DNA of 64,000 bases from Kiritimatiellia bacterium (GTDB lineage Bacteria; Verrucomicrobiota; Kiritimatiellia; RFP12; UBA1067), in NCBI GenBank assembly GCA_034003585.1, contig JAVEYH010000002.1, positions 32,036-96,035 of the forward strand, given 5' to 3'. The notes under the pieces were generated by a model, which worked only from the letters and a program-made list of their open reading frames with translations, did no database searches and was not told the DNA's origin. Each line of letters starts with the position of its first letter. The stretch's first letter is position 1. The translations under genes and the position numbers were made by a program. This document shows positions 36,833 through 46,559 of this stretch, piece after piece.

Positions 36833-36885
36833 TTGACAGGATTACATGATTGAACCACATCATGGCAATCATGTAATCCTGTCAA
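36833..36885. repeat. Perfect 20-bp inverted repeat (TTGACAGGATTACATGATTG / CAATCATGTAATCCTGTCAA) with a 13-nt loop, AT-rich, between the convergent ybaK and accA genes.
   Basis: Read directly from the sequence. It could be a bidirectional terminator hairpin or a protein-binding palindrome. Confidence 0.6.
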
Positions 36886-36928
36886 AACGTATCCCGAAGT
36901 TTTCTCGCCGCCCCGCCGCGCGGCGGAC

Positions 36929-37741
36929 TCAGTACTGTCCCATGGCGCTGAACTTGGCGTACCGTTGCTCCAGCAGCCGTTCCGTGGGAATCGCGCGCAG
37001 TTCGGCGAGATGCGTCAGCACCGCGCGTTTCACGGCCGCCGCGGTCGCGGCCGGATCCGTGTGCGCCCCGCCCTCCGGCTCGGGGATGATCTCGTCGATG
37101 ATCTCCAACTCCTTGAGCGCGTCGGCCGTGATCCGCAGGGTGTCGGCGGCCTTGGCCGCCAGCGAGCCGTCGCGCCATAAAATCGAGGCGCAGCCCTCCG
37201 GGGAGATCACCGAATACACCGCGTTCTGCAGCATCAGGATGCGGTCGCCGACCGCGATGCCCAGCGCGCCGCCGCTGCCGCCCTCGCCGGTCACCACCAC
37301 CACGATCGGCGTCTTCAGCAGGGACATGAATTCGAGGTTGTGCGCGATCGCCTCCGCCTGGCCGCGCGCCTCCGCGTCGCTGCCCGGATACGCGCCGGGC
37401 GTGTCCACGAGGGTGACGACCGGCAGGCCGTATTTCTCGGCGAGGCGCATCAGCCGCATGGCTTTGCGGTACCCTTCGGGATTGGCCATGCCGAAGTTTG
37501 CCTCGATGTTCTCCTCGACCCCGCGGCCCTTGCGGTGCCCGAGGAGCATGAGCTTCGTGCCGCCGATCGTGGCAAACCCGCCGATCAGGCCGCGGTCGTC
37601 GCCGTACAGCCGGTCGCCGTGAAGCTCGACGAAATCGTCACAGATCAGGCGGATCGTGTCCGTGATATTCGGCCGCTCGGCGTGGCGCGCGATCTGCACG
37701 ATGTCCCAGGATGAACGTTTCTGCTGCGTTTTCTTAGCCAT
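36929..37741 (-). CDS. accA: Acetyl-CoA carboxylase carboxyltransferase alpha subunit.
   Basis: It is 270 aa with GGFATIGGTKLMLLGHRKGRG...LVDTPGAYPG...VVVVTGEGGSGGALG. My hand check of the start-codon position is off by 1 nt against the listing, so the coordinates are taken from the ORF track. Confidence 0.85.
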   Translation of the reverse strand: MAKKTQQKRSSWDIVQIARHAERPNITDTIRLICDDFVELHGDRLYGDDRGLIGGFATIGGTKLMLLGHRKGRGVEENIEANFGMANPEGYRKAMRLMRLAEKYGLPVVTLVDTPGAYPGSDAEARGQAEAIAHNLEFMSLLKTPIVVVVTGEGGSGGALGIAVGDRILMLQNAVYSVISPEGCASILWRDGSLAAKAADTLRITADALKELEIIDEIIPEPEGGAHTDPAATAAAVKRAVLTHLAELRAIPTERLLEQRYAKFSAMGQY

Positions 37742-37816
37742 ATGCCCTACCGGTTAACAGGTTAGCTGGTCTCGGGCCGCGGCGCGCCGTCCGCCAGGAC
37801 GCGCGCCCGCGGCGCG

Positions 37817-38647
37817 TTAAAAGCCCGCGTAACGGAGCGCGTTCGCCAGAAAGGCCTTCAGCTCCTTGCGCGGCACGATGCAATCCACAAAGCCGTGCGC
37901 GAGAGTGTACTCCGCGGTCTGGAAATCGTCGGGCAGCTTCTGCTTGATCGTCTGCTCGATCACGCGGCGCCCCGCGAACCCGATCAGAGCCTTGGGCTCC
38001 GCGAGGTTCAAGTCACCGACCATCGCGTAACTGGCCGAGACCCCGCCGGTCGTCGGATCCGTCAGCACCGACAAATACGGCAAGCCCGCCTCTTTCACCC
38101 GCGCGATCGCCGCGCACGTTTTGGCCATCTGCATCAGCGAGACAATCCCCTCGTGCATGCGAGCGCCGCCCGATGCGGAAACGAGGATCAGCGGACGGCG
38201 GGTCGCGACCGCATGCTCCGCGGCGAGCCGGATGCGCTCTCCGGTGCCGCTGCCCAGGCTGCCGCCCAGAAACCGGAAATCCATGATCCCCAGCACCACC
38301 GGGATCGATTCGATCGCAGCCGTGCCGGTGAGGATCGACTCGCCCTCGCCGGTCTTGGCGATCGTGGCCCGGGCCTTGTCCGCATAGGCACCGCTCGCGT
38401 CGGTGAACCGCAACGGGTCGTTGAAACTGACGCCGGCGCTGATCTCCGCAAAACTGCCCGCATCGGTCAGCAGGGCCACCCGTTCGCGGCACGACAACCG
38501 CGCGTGATGATTGCACCGCGGGCAGACCTTTTCCGCCGCGCGCCACGCAGCCTTTCCGACGTACGCCTTGCAGGCGGGGCAGACCACCCACACCTCTTCG
38601 CTCGGCACACGGAACGGCGTCTCTACCGGTCGCTCATACCATGACAT
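37817..38647 (-). CDS. accD: Acetyl-CoA carboxylase carboxyltransferase beta subunit.
   Basis: It is 276 aa with an N-terminal zinc ribbon (CPACKAYV...CPRCNHH) and a carboxyltransferase domain. Confidence 0.9.
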   Translation of the reverse strand: MSWYERPVETPFRVPSEEVWVVCPACKAYVGKAAWRAAEKVCPRCNHHARLSCRERVALLTDAGSFAEISAGVSFNDPLRFTDASGAYADKARATIAKTGEGESILTGTAAIESIPVVLGIMDFRFLGGSLGSGTGERIRLAAEHAVATRRPLILVSASGGARMHEGIVSLMQMAKTCAAIARVKEAGLPYLSVLTDPTTGGVSASYAMVGDLNLAEPKALIGFAGRRVIEQTIKQKLPDDFQTAEYTLAHGFVDCIVPRKELKAFLANALRYAGF

Positions 38648-38868
38648 ATTCGCTTACTCCTTCACTCACGCGGACGGTCACCCGTCAGGCCAAAAGCCGA
38701 CGGAACGTTCCCTGCGGCCTGTTCCCGCCCAGATCAAGGTGACAATATCATGGTTTTTGTCATTCTGACAAGGCCGCCCCTCTTTTTTTTTCATTATACA
38801 GTCCGCGCGAAACCGTGTAACGTAACGCCGTATTAAATGGGGAAGCGAACCGTTCGGGACGGGGAGAC

Positions 38869-40230
38869 ATGGGACGAAGAGGAATCAGGGGAACGGCGGC
38901 CGGATGTTGTCTGGTCCTGCTGGCGGCATCGGGGTGCCTCACCCGCGATGCGGTGTACCGCGATCTGCTGGAGACGCGCGAAGAGGCCTATGACTCGTGG
39001 ATGCGGATGCGCGAAAGCGGCGACATCCCGATCCCGGACGAAAATCTGACGCTGGACGAGGCGGTGCGCATCGCGCTGCTGTACAACAAAACGCTCCAGG
39101 CCAAGATCCAGGAACGCGAGGTCGCGCGCGGCCAGCAGCTCGCCGCCTACCGGCTCGCCCTGCCGCGGGTGGACGCCGCGGCCGCCACCGACTCCGGTAC
39201 TCAAGACGCCGAGAGCGCCCGGCTCACCCTGCGCCAGCCGCTCTTCCGGGCCGGCGGCACGACCGCGGGACTGCGCGCCGCGCGCCTCTACGCCTTTTGG
39301 TCGGATGAAAGCGTGCGCAACACCGCCCACTCCGTCATCCGCCTCGCCACCGCCGATTATTATGCGATCCTGCTCGCCGAAAGCCTCTGCCAGGTCAACC
39401 GCGACGCCGTGGTCTCGGCCGAAGCCCACCTGAATGACGTGCGTGTCAAACGCGTCAATGGCGTGGCCTCGAAATACGATGAGCTGCGGGCCCAGGTGGA
39501 TGTGGCGAACTTCCGCGCCGAGCTCATCCGCCAGGAAAACGCCCTCGTCCTGGCCCGGAACAGCCTCCTGCGCACGCTGGGCACCGCGACCGACGCGCAG
39601 CTCCGGCTCGCCGACCCCCTGACGCACAAACCGGTGTCGATGACGCTGGAGCAGGCCCTGCTGACGGCGTACCGCAACCGGCCGGACCTGCTCATGGCGG
39701 AACTCCACATCCGTCTGCAGCGCGAGAACGTGCGGGCCTTGCGCAGCACCTATTTCCCGGAGATCGACCTCGCCCTGAGCGCGGGCACCGACCGCGACCG
39801 CGACGGCGATGACCGCTGGCGCGACACCCACCGCGCCGCTCTGGAGCTGAACTGGCCGCTCTTCGACGGCTTCGCGCGGGAAGGCGACCTCATCGCGGCC
39901 CGGGCCCGGCTGAAACAGCGGGAGATCGAACTCCAAAGCGTGGAGGAGGATGTGTTTCTGGATGTCCGGCAGGCGCTGCTCAATCTGAAAAACGCCGAGG
40001 AGTATGTCGAATCGCAGCGGCTCAACCTGCAGCATGCCGAAGAGGGGCTGCGCCTGGCCATGACCGGTTACCGCGAGGGGGTCAACACCGAGGTGGAGGT
40101 TGTGGACGCGCGCTCCGCCCTGACTGAGGCGCGGGGTAACTATTACAAGGCGCTGTATGACCACTGCACGGCGCGGCTCGCGCTCGACCACGCCACCGGC
40201 CTGCTGGGCCGCGATCTGGAGACGCCATGA
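38869..40230 (+). CDS. Outer-membrane efflux protein (TolC/OprM family) lipoprotein.
   Basis: It is 453 aa with the lipobox LAASGC and two repeated alpha-helical/beta-barrel halves typical of OEP. Confidence 0.8.
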   Translation: MGRRGIRGTAAGCCLVLLAASGCLTRDAVYRDLLETREEAYDSWMRMRESGDIPIPDENLTLDEAVRIALLYNKTLQAKIQEREVARGQQLAAYRLALPRVDAAAATDSGTQDAESARLTLRQPLFRAGGTTAGLRAARLYAFWSDESVRNTAHSVIRLATADYYAILLAESLCQVNRDAVVSAEAHLNDVRVKRVNGVASKYDELRAQVDVANFRAELIRQENALVLARNSLLRTLGTATDAQLRLADPLTHKPVSMTLEQALLTAYRNRPDLLMAELHIRLQRENVRALRSTYFPEIDLALSAGTDRDRDGDDRWRDTHRAALELNWPLFDGFAREGDLIAARARLKQREIELQSVEEDVFLDVRQALLNLKNAEEYVESQRLNLQHAEEGLRLAMTGYREGVNTEVEVVDARSALTEARGNYYKALYDHCTARLALDHATGLLGRDLETP

Positions 40231-41408
40231 AAACGCTTGCGAAACTCCTCCTCTCTCTCGTTGTCGCCGCCGCCATCGCCGCGGGCGCGCGCCTGGCCTA
40301 CCGGGCCGCGGAACGCAAGGCCCACCCGCCCGCCCGCGAAAAAGGGCGGCAGGCGCTGCCCGTGCGGGTCGCGGAGGTCCGCACCGGAAATGTGACCAAC
40401 GCCATCCGCCTGACCGGCTCGCTGGAGGCCACGCGGATCGTGGATGTGATGCCGAAGATCGCGGGCCGCCTGGAGCGCCTCGCGCTGGAGGACGGCACGC
40501 CGGTGCTCGAAGGGCTCGCCGTCTCCAACCGCCAGATCCTCGCCGTCATCGATCACCGTGACATCCTCGCCCAGATGACGCAGGCCCAAGCCGCGGTCGC
40601 AAGCGCGCGCGCCGCCGTGGCCACCGCCAAAGTGGTGCTCAAAGACCGCGAACGCGAACGCAAGCGCATGGAGAAACTGTTCGCCGAAGGCTCAACCACG
40701 GAACAGCAGCGCGATCTCGCCATGACGGCTTCCGAACAGGCGGTCACCGGGCTCGCCCAGGCCGAGGCCCATCTCACGCACGCGCAGACGGCGGTCGGCG
40801 TGCTGGACGTGACGCTCAGCGAAGCTTTCATCCGCGCGCCGATGGACGGCGTGATCAGCGCCAAATTCGTCGATGCCGGCGCGATGGTCAACGCCTCGAC
40901 CCGTATCGTCCAGGTCATCCCCCTGTACGAACTGAAGTTCCTGATCGCGATTCCGGGCCCCTACCTGCACCTCCTCACCACCGGCCAAACCGTGGTCAGC
41001 GTGCGCTCCGATGCGGTTCCCGGCCGCGTGTTTCTGGGACGGATCGCCCGCATCCACCCGGCCGTGGATCCGATTACCCGCACCGCCACGGTGGAAGTGC
41101 GCCTCGCCAACGAACGCGGCGCCTCCGGCGAATGGCTGCTGCGGCCCGGCCTCTATGCCGAGGGCCAGATCATTTTGGAGGTCCGGCGCGATGTCGTCAC
41201 GCTGCCGGCCGACGTGGCCCTGCGGCGCGGCACGCGGTTTCTCGCTTTCGTGGTCCAAAACGGCCAGGCCGCGACACGCGACCTGACGGTCGGCGCGCGC
41301 GACGGCAATGTGCTGGAGATTCTTCAAGGCCTCGCGGCCGGCGAACAGGTGGTCATCATGGGCCAGCACCGCCTGACCGACAAAATCGCCGTGCGCGTAA
41401 CGGAGTGA
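40227..41408 (+). CDS. RND efflux periplasmic adaptor (membrane fusion protein, HlyD family).
   Basis: It is 393 aa with an N-terminal TM anchor and coiled-coil and lipoyl/beta-barrel segments. Its start overlaps the upstream gene in an ATGA arrangement. Confidence 0.85.
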   Translation: MKTLAKLLLSLVVAAAIAAGARLAYRAAERKAHPPAREKGRQALPVRVAEVRTGNVTNAIRLTGSLEATRIVDVMPKIAGRLERLALEDGTPVLEGLAVSNRQILAVIDHRDILAQMTQAQAAVASARAAVATAKVVLKDRERERKRMEKLFAEGSTTEQQRDLAMTASEQAVTGLAQAEAHLTHAQTAVGVLDVTLSEAFIRAPMDGVISAKFVDAGAMVNASTRIVQVIPLYELKFLIAIPGPYLHLLTTGQTVVSVRSDAVPGRVFLGRIARIHPAVDPITRTATVEVRLANERGASGEWLLRPGLYAEGQIILEVRRDVVTLPADVALRRGTRFLAFVVQNGQAATRDLTVGARDGNVLEILQGLAAGEQVVIMGQHRLTDKIAVRVTE

Positions 41409-41504
41409 GCCGAATGACCCCCACCACGAATACGGAAACAGGACACGGCCCGTATCCGCCGGCACGGCACGGGTCCAAGATCCCACGGGAGGAGCGTCAG
41501 CGGC

Positions 41505-44500
41505 ATGCGGTTGCCTGAACTCGGAGTCAAACGGCCGGTCTTCACGCTGATGGTGTTCATCGCCATCCTCGTGCTGGGGTTGGTTTCGCTGTCGCGCCTG
41601 CCCATCGACCTCTTTCCCGAAATTGAAACCCCGTCGGTGACGGTCATCACGCAGTGGCCGGGCGCGAGCGTTGAGGATGTCGAAGGCCGCGTCACGCGGG
41701 TCATCGAGAATCAGCTCAGCATCGTCAACAACCTCGATGAGGTGACCAGCCGCACCCGCGAGGGCGTCTCCGCCATCACCTGCATGTTCGAGTGGGGCAC
41801 GGATCTGGAAGAGGCCGCGAATGACATCCGCGACCGAGTCAGTATCGCGCGGCGGTTCCTGCCGGACGATATCGAGGAGCCGATCATTTACAAGTTCAAC
41901 AGCTCCGCGATGCCGGTGCTGGTGTTCGCCGCCACGGCCAAGGAGTCGTGGGAGCGGCTGTTCGACATTGTCGAGGATGATTTGGGCGACGCGCTCAAGC
42001 GCCTGCCCGGCGTGGGCGCGGTCAACGTGTATGGCGGCCTCCATAGGCAGATCAACATCGACATCGACCCCATGAAGCTCGCGGGTTATAACCTGACGCT
42101 GGCCGAGATCGAGCAGACCATCGCCCGCGAGAATCTGACGCTGCCGGCGGGCAGCATCAAAAACGGCGTAATCGAATATACGGTCCGCGTTCCGGGCGAG
42201 TTCGAGGATCCGGAGGAGGCGCGGGACATCGTGGTCAAGCGCAACGCGTCGGGCGGCGCGATCTATCTGCGGGATGTCGCCGAGGTCTACGACGGCTTCG
42301 AGGAACCCACACGCCTCTCGGGCGCGAACGGCGAGCCGAGCGTCATTTTCGTGGTGCAGAAACGCTCCGGCGCCAACACCCTCAAGGTCTGCGAATCCGT
42401 GCTCCGGGCCGTCGACGGGTACGCGCGCTTCCTGCCGCAGGACATCCGCATCGTCAATGTGATGAACGCCAGCGATTTCATCCGCCAGTCCCTGCGCAAT
42501 GTGACCGGGACGCTGCTGTGGGGCGGTCTGTTCGTCACCCTCACGACCTTTGTGTTTCTGCGCACGCTCCGCGCGTCGCTGGTGATCGTCCTGACCATCC
42601 CGTTCTCGCTGATCATCGCGTTCTTTTTCATGTTCGTCCGGGGCTGGACCCTCAACATCATCTCGCTCTCCTCGCTCTCGGTGGCGATCGGCATGGTGGT
42701 GGACAACGCCGTGGTCGTGCTCGAAAACATCGACAGCTACACCCGGCGCGGCGTCAAACTCCGCGAAGCCGCGATGTACGCCACCGGCGAGGTCGGCCTC
42801 GCGCTCTCCGCCAGCACGCTGACGACCGTCGCGGTTTTCGTCCCGCTGATTTTCGTCACGGGCATGTCCGGCATCTTTTTCGGCCAGTTGGGCGGCATCA
42901 TCACCACCACGCTGATGGCCAGCCTGTTCTGCTCCCTGATGCTCACGCCGATGCTCGCCTCCTTTTTGCTCAAGGCGGATCGCGACGCGATCGGCGGCGG
43001 CCGGCCGGGCCGCGCGCTGTACCGTCTCAGCGAGACGGCGTTCCGGACGGTCGAGGAGGCCTACGCCCGCCTGCTCGGCTGGGCGCTGCGCTGGCGCGGC
43101 CCGGTCTGTGCGGTGGCCTTCGCGGTGTTCTGCTTCTCCCTCGCGCTCTACCCGCTGATCGGCTCGGAGTTCTCCCCGGACACCGACTCCGGTGACCTGA
43201 CCGTCAATTTCGAGCTCGGGCTGGGGACGCGCGTCGAGGAGACCGCGCGCCTCTGCGAGGAGGCGCGCCAACTCGGCGTCAGCCTGATCGGGGCCGGCCA
43301 TGTGGTCAATTCCCGCTGGCGCTGCGGCGACTCCAAGTTCGGCTCGAACCGGCAGGGATCGCACATCGGGCGGGTGGAGTTCAAGCTGACCCCCATGGAC
43401 CGCCGCCCCTTCAGCGCGCGCGACGCGGGACGCCGTCTGCTCGACGCCCTGCGCGCCCGGCCGGAGTTCGTCAAAACCAGTATGAGCACGGTCAACCGCC
43501 AGATGGGGCGTTTCAGCGGCAGCGGCCAGCCCATCGTGATCGAGATCCTCGGTTATGACCTCACCCAGACGCGACGCGTGGCGGAGGAGATCAAGGCACT
43601 CTGCGACCGCACCCCCGGCGCGCGCGACGCGAGCGTCAGCATGGACGACGGCAAACCCGAGCTGCTGGTCAAGGTAAACCGTTTGAAGGTCTCCACCCTC
43701 GGCCTGAACGTCTCGGATGTGGTGGAGACGATCCGCACGCTCTTCTACGGCAAGGAGGCGTCCGACTTCCGCGAGGGGGAGAACGAGTATTGGCTTTTCC
43801 TGCGCCTGAAGGAGTCGCGCCGCCGCGAGTTGGCGGACATCCTCGATTCCGAAATCGTGCTCCCCAACGGCCGCCGCGTGCGCGTGGATGCCATCGCCGA
43901 TGTGGTCCAGGATCTCGGCCCTCTCGACATCGAACGCAAGGATCAGGAACGGATGGTGAAGGTGGAGGTCGACTATTACGGCCGCTCGATCGGCGAGGTG
44001 GTCGCCAGCATCCAGGAGGGGATCGCCAAAGAGATCGTGCTGCCGGAGGCGACGCAGATCACATACGGCGGCATGGTTAAGGAACAATCCGAGGCGTTTG
44101 CCGACCTGATCGGCCTGACGGTCCTGGGCCTCGTGCTGGTCTACATGGTGATGGCCGCGCAGTTCGAGTCGCTGCTCCACCCCTTCGTGATTTTCCTCGC
44201 GCTGCCCTTCGCCTTCTCCGGGGTCCTCTTCAGCCTGTACGGCTTCGGCATGACGTTCAACATGTTCAGTTTCATCGGCATCATCCTGCTGGTGGGCACG
44301 GGGGTCAACAACGGCATTGTGCTCGTGGACCGCATCAACACGCTGCGCGCGCGCGGCGAAACGCTGGCGGACGCGATCCGCCACAGCGGCCGCCAGCGGC
44401 TGCGGCCCGTTCTGATTACCACCCTCACCACCATTTTTGGTATGCTTCCTCTCGCCCTGGCGGGAGGGGAGGGCTCGGAAACCTGGAAACCCATGGGCGT

Positions 44501-44672
44501 GACGGTGATCGGAGGCCTCTCCTTCTCCACAATCGTCACCCTGCTGCTCGTCCCGGTTCTCTACAGTCTCTTTAACCGCGACACGCGAAACCCGCAACCC
44601 CAAGAAAGGACCACAGATGAAAAACCTCATCCAGACGGCTCTGGCCGCCCTGCTTCTCACTCCAACCGTTGA
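41505..44672 (+). CDS. RND efflux inner-membrane transporter (AcrB/CzcA-like).
   Basis: It is 1055 aa with a typical 12-TM, two-large-loop architecture and begins MRLPELGVKRPVFTLMVFIAILVLGLVSLSRLPIDLFPE. Confidence 0.9.
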   Translation: MRLPELGVKRPVFTLMVFIAILVLGLVSLSRLPIDLFPEIETPSVTVITQWPGASVEDVEGRVTRVIENQLSIVNNLDEVTSRTREGVSAITCMFEWGTDLEEAANDIRDRVSIARRFLPDDIEEPIIYKFNSSAMPVLVFAATAKESWERLFDIVEDDLGDALKRLPGVGAVNVYGGLHRQINIDIDPMKLAGYNLTLAEIEQTIARENLTLPAGSIKNGVIEYTVRVPGEFEDPEEARDIVVKRNASGGAIYLRDVAEVYDGFEEPTRLSGANGEPSVIFVVQKRSGANTLKVCESVLRAVDGYARFLPQDIRIVNVMNASDFIRQSLRNVTGTLLWGGLFVTLTTFVFLRTLRASLVIVLTIPFSLIIAFFFMFVRGWTLNIISLSSLSVAIGMVVDNAVVVLENIDSYTRRGVKLREAAMYATGEVGLALSASTLTTVAVFVPLIFVTGMSGIFFGQLGGIITTTLMASLFCSLMLTPMLASFLLKADRDAIGGGRPGRALYRLSETAFRTVEEAYARLLGWALRWRGPVCAVAFAVFCFSLALYPLIGSEFSPDTDSGDLTVNFELGLGTRVEETARLCEEARQLGVSLIGAGHVVNSRWRCGDSKFGSNRQGSHIGRVEFKLTPMDRRPFSARDAGRRLLDALRARPEFVKTSMSTVNRQMGRFSGSGQPIVIEILGYDLTQTRRVAEEIKALCDRTPGARDASVSMDDGKPELLVKVNRLKVSTLGLNVSDVVETIRTLFYGKEASDFREGENEYWLFLRLKESRRRELADILDSEIVLPNGRRVRVDAIADVVQDLGPLDIERKDQERMVKVEVDYYGRSIGEVVASIQEGIAKEIVLPEATQITYGGMVKEQSEAFADLIGLTVLGLVLVYMVMAAQFESLLHPFVIFLALPFAFSGVLFSLYGFGMTFNMFSFIGIILLVGTGVNNGIVLVDRINTLRARGETLADAIRHSGRQRLRPVLITTLTTIFGMLPLALAGGEGSETWKPMGVTVIGGLSFSTIVTLLLVPVLYSLFNRDTRNPQPQERTTDEKPHPDGSGRPASHSNR

Positions 44673-45498
44673 GGCCCAGATCCTCAAACCGGTCCCGCCG
44701 GCTGACGTGCAAATCCTCCGTGAGGCGATCGGCACCCGCATGACGGCGCAACCGTCCAAACCGCGCACGGTGCTCGTGTTCTGGCGGTGCGAGGGCTACA
44801 CCCACACCGAAGCCATCGAGTACGGCAACCAGGCGTTCGAGATCGCCGCGCAGCAGACGCAGGCCTTCCGCGTCGAGTTCAGCAGCGACTACCGCGCGCT
44901 GACCGACACCAACAAACTGCTGCGCTATGACGCGGTCGTGCTGAACAACACCACGCACCTGAAAGCCAAGGACCATCCCGCGCTCGTGCCGAATCTGACC
45001 GCGTTCGTCAAGAGCGGACGCGGCCTGTGCGTGATCCATGCCGGCGCCGACAACTTCTACGACAGCCCGGAGGCCGCCGAAATGGTGGGCGGGCTCTTCG
45101 ACGGGCACCCCTGGGGCGGTGGCGGCACCTGGGCGTTCAAACTGGACGAGCCCGGCCACCCGCTCAACCGCGCCTTCGGCGGTCAGGGGTTCAAAGCCGG
45201 CGACGAGATCTACCAGCAGAAATCCCCGCCTTACGACCGTTCCAAACTGCGCGTCCTGGTGTCACTCGACCTGGCGGACGCGAAAACCGCCGCGGCCAAG
45301 AACCAGAAGCGCGCGGACAAAGACTTCGCGGTGAGCTGGGTACGGCCGTACGGCGCGGGCCGCGTCTTTTACACCTCGTTCGCGCATGACCGCCGCGCGT
45401 ACCTCAACAAGGCCACCCTTGGGCATATCCTGGACGGCCTGCAGTACACCCTGGGCGACCTCAAGGCGGATGACGCGGCAAACACAAAAACGAGGTGA
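44617..45498 (+). CDS. ThuA-family (trehalose-utilisation-like, class I glutamine amidotransferase-like fold) secreted protein.
   Basis: It is 293 aa with a signal peptide (MKNLIQTALAALLLTPTVEAQ). Segments AVVLNNTTH...GRGLCVIHAGADNFYDSPEAAEMVGGLFDGHPW are ThuA-like. It overlaps the RND 3' end by 56 nt. Confidence 0.7.
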   Translation: MKNLIQTALAALLLTPTVEAQILKPVPPADVQILREAIGTRMTAQPSKPRTVLVFWRCEGYTHTEAIEYGNQAFEIAAQQTQAFRVEFSSDYRALTDTNKLLRYDAVVLNNTTHLKAKDHPALVPNLTAFVKSGRGLCVIHAGADNFYDSPEAAEMVGGLFDGHPWGGGGTWAFKLDEPGHPLNRAFGGQGFKAGDEIYQQKSPPYDRSKLRVLVSLDLADAKTAAAKNQKRADKDFAVSWVRPYGAGRVFYTSFAHDRRAYLNKATLGHILDGLQYTLGDLKADDAANTKTR

Positions 45499-45499
45499 T

Positions 45500-46525
45500 A
45501 TGAAAAACGGGGTCGTTCGCTCCAGACAATCCTGCGGACACCGCGCGGGCCGGATGGCGGCAGCCGCCTGTTGTCTGCTCCTGGCAATCGGACGCACGTC
45601 ATCCGCCCGCGCGCAGACCGGTTTCGCGTTCCGGGAAGAGCCCGGACGGCATGTGGACGTGCTGCTGGACGGCAGGCCGGTTGTGCGGTACAGCATCGCG
45701 CACGTTCCGCCGTCCGACCCGAAGAGTCTGACCGCGACCAACAAGCCGTTCCTGCATCTGTTCGACCCCCAGGGCAAGGCGCTGATCACGAACAGCGGCA
45801 ACGGCGGCGAGCACCCGCACCACCGCGGCATCATGATCGGCTGGACGAAAACCGGCTGGAACGGCAAACTCTATAACTTCTGGGGCATGTACAACAACGC
45901 GCAGATCCACCGGAGCTTTTCTGTCCGGGAAGCGGACCGCGGGCATGCGGTGCTCACATCGCAGATCGACTGGATCACCCACGGGGGCGAAACGATCCTC
46001 CGCGAGGCGCGCACGTTCACCTTGCGCCGCGCGGAGGCGCCGGCCTACGCGCAGGTCGATGTCGACTCGACCCTCACCGCCTGCATCAGCGACGTGAGCC
46101 TGGACGGCGATCCCGAACACGCGGGCGTGCAGTTCCGTGCGGCCGACGCGACCGGGCGCGCCGAAACCCGGTTCGCCTATCCCGGCGCGGACACGGATCC
46201 GCGGAAGGCCCTGGACCCGCCGTGGGTCGCGGCCCAATTCACACTGGGCGGACGCGTGTACGGCGTGATGCAGAGGAACCATCCCGGAAACCCCCGGGGG
46301 GCGCGGATCTCGGCCTACCGCAACTACTGCCGTTTCGGCTATTTCCCCGCACCTGTCACCCTGAAGCCCGCGCACCCGTTCACGCTCCGCTACCGGTTTC
46401 TGGCTTTCGCGGACGGGTTGCCGCAGGCAGAGTCCCTCTGGCAGACAGGCACGACCTACACCGGACTCGATGCCGCCGCCCCGCCGATCACCGTGCGCCC
46501 CGCCGAACAGCCCGCGCGAAAATAG
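45500..46525 (+). CDS. PmoA-like (DUF6807) family protein, often partnered with ThuA and Gfo/Idh/MocA in PVC genomes.
   Basis: The ATG at 45500 follows a GAGGTGA RBS and sits 2 nt after the thuA stop. It has a signal peptide. The family call is from recalled architecture, not a search. Confidence 0.45.
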   Translation: MKNGVVRSRQSCGHRAGRMAAAACCLLLAIGRTSSARAQTGFAFREEPGRHVDVLLDGRPVVRYSIAHVPPSDPKSLTATNKPFLHLFDPQGKALITNSGNGGEHPHHRGIMIGWTKTGWNGKLYNFWGMYNNAQIHRSFSVREADRGHAVLTSQIDWITHGGETILREARTFTLRRAEAPAYAQVDVDSTLTACISDVSLDGDPEHAGVQFRAADATGRAETRFAYPGADTDPRKALDPPWVAAQFTLGGRVYGVMQRNHPGNPRGARISAYRNYCRFGYFPAPVTLKPAHPFTLRYRFLAFADGLPQAESLWQTGTTYTGLDAAAPPITVRPAEQPARK

Positions 46526-46559
46526 GACGTTTTTTCCGGAAACCGCCACAAGGCACAAA

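Noticed and set aside
40692-44768. 1358-aa minus-strand ORF antisense to the MFP and RND efflux genes
   Set aside because: The same high-GC antisense artefact, with the plus-strand proteins clearly recognisable.
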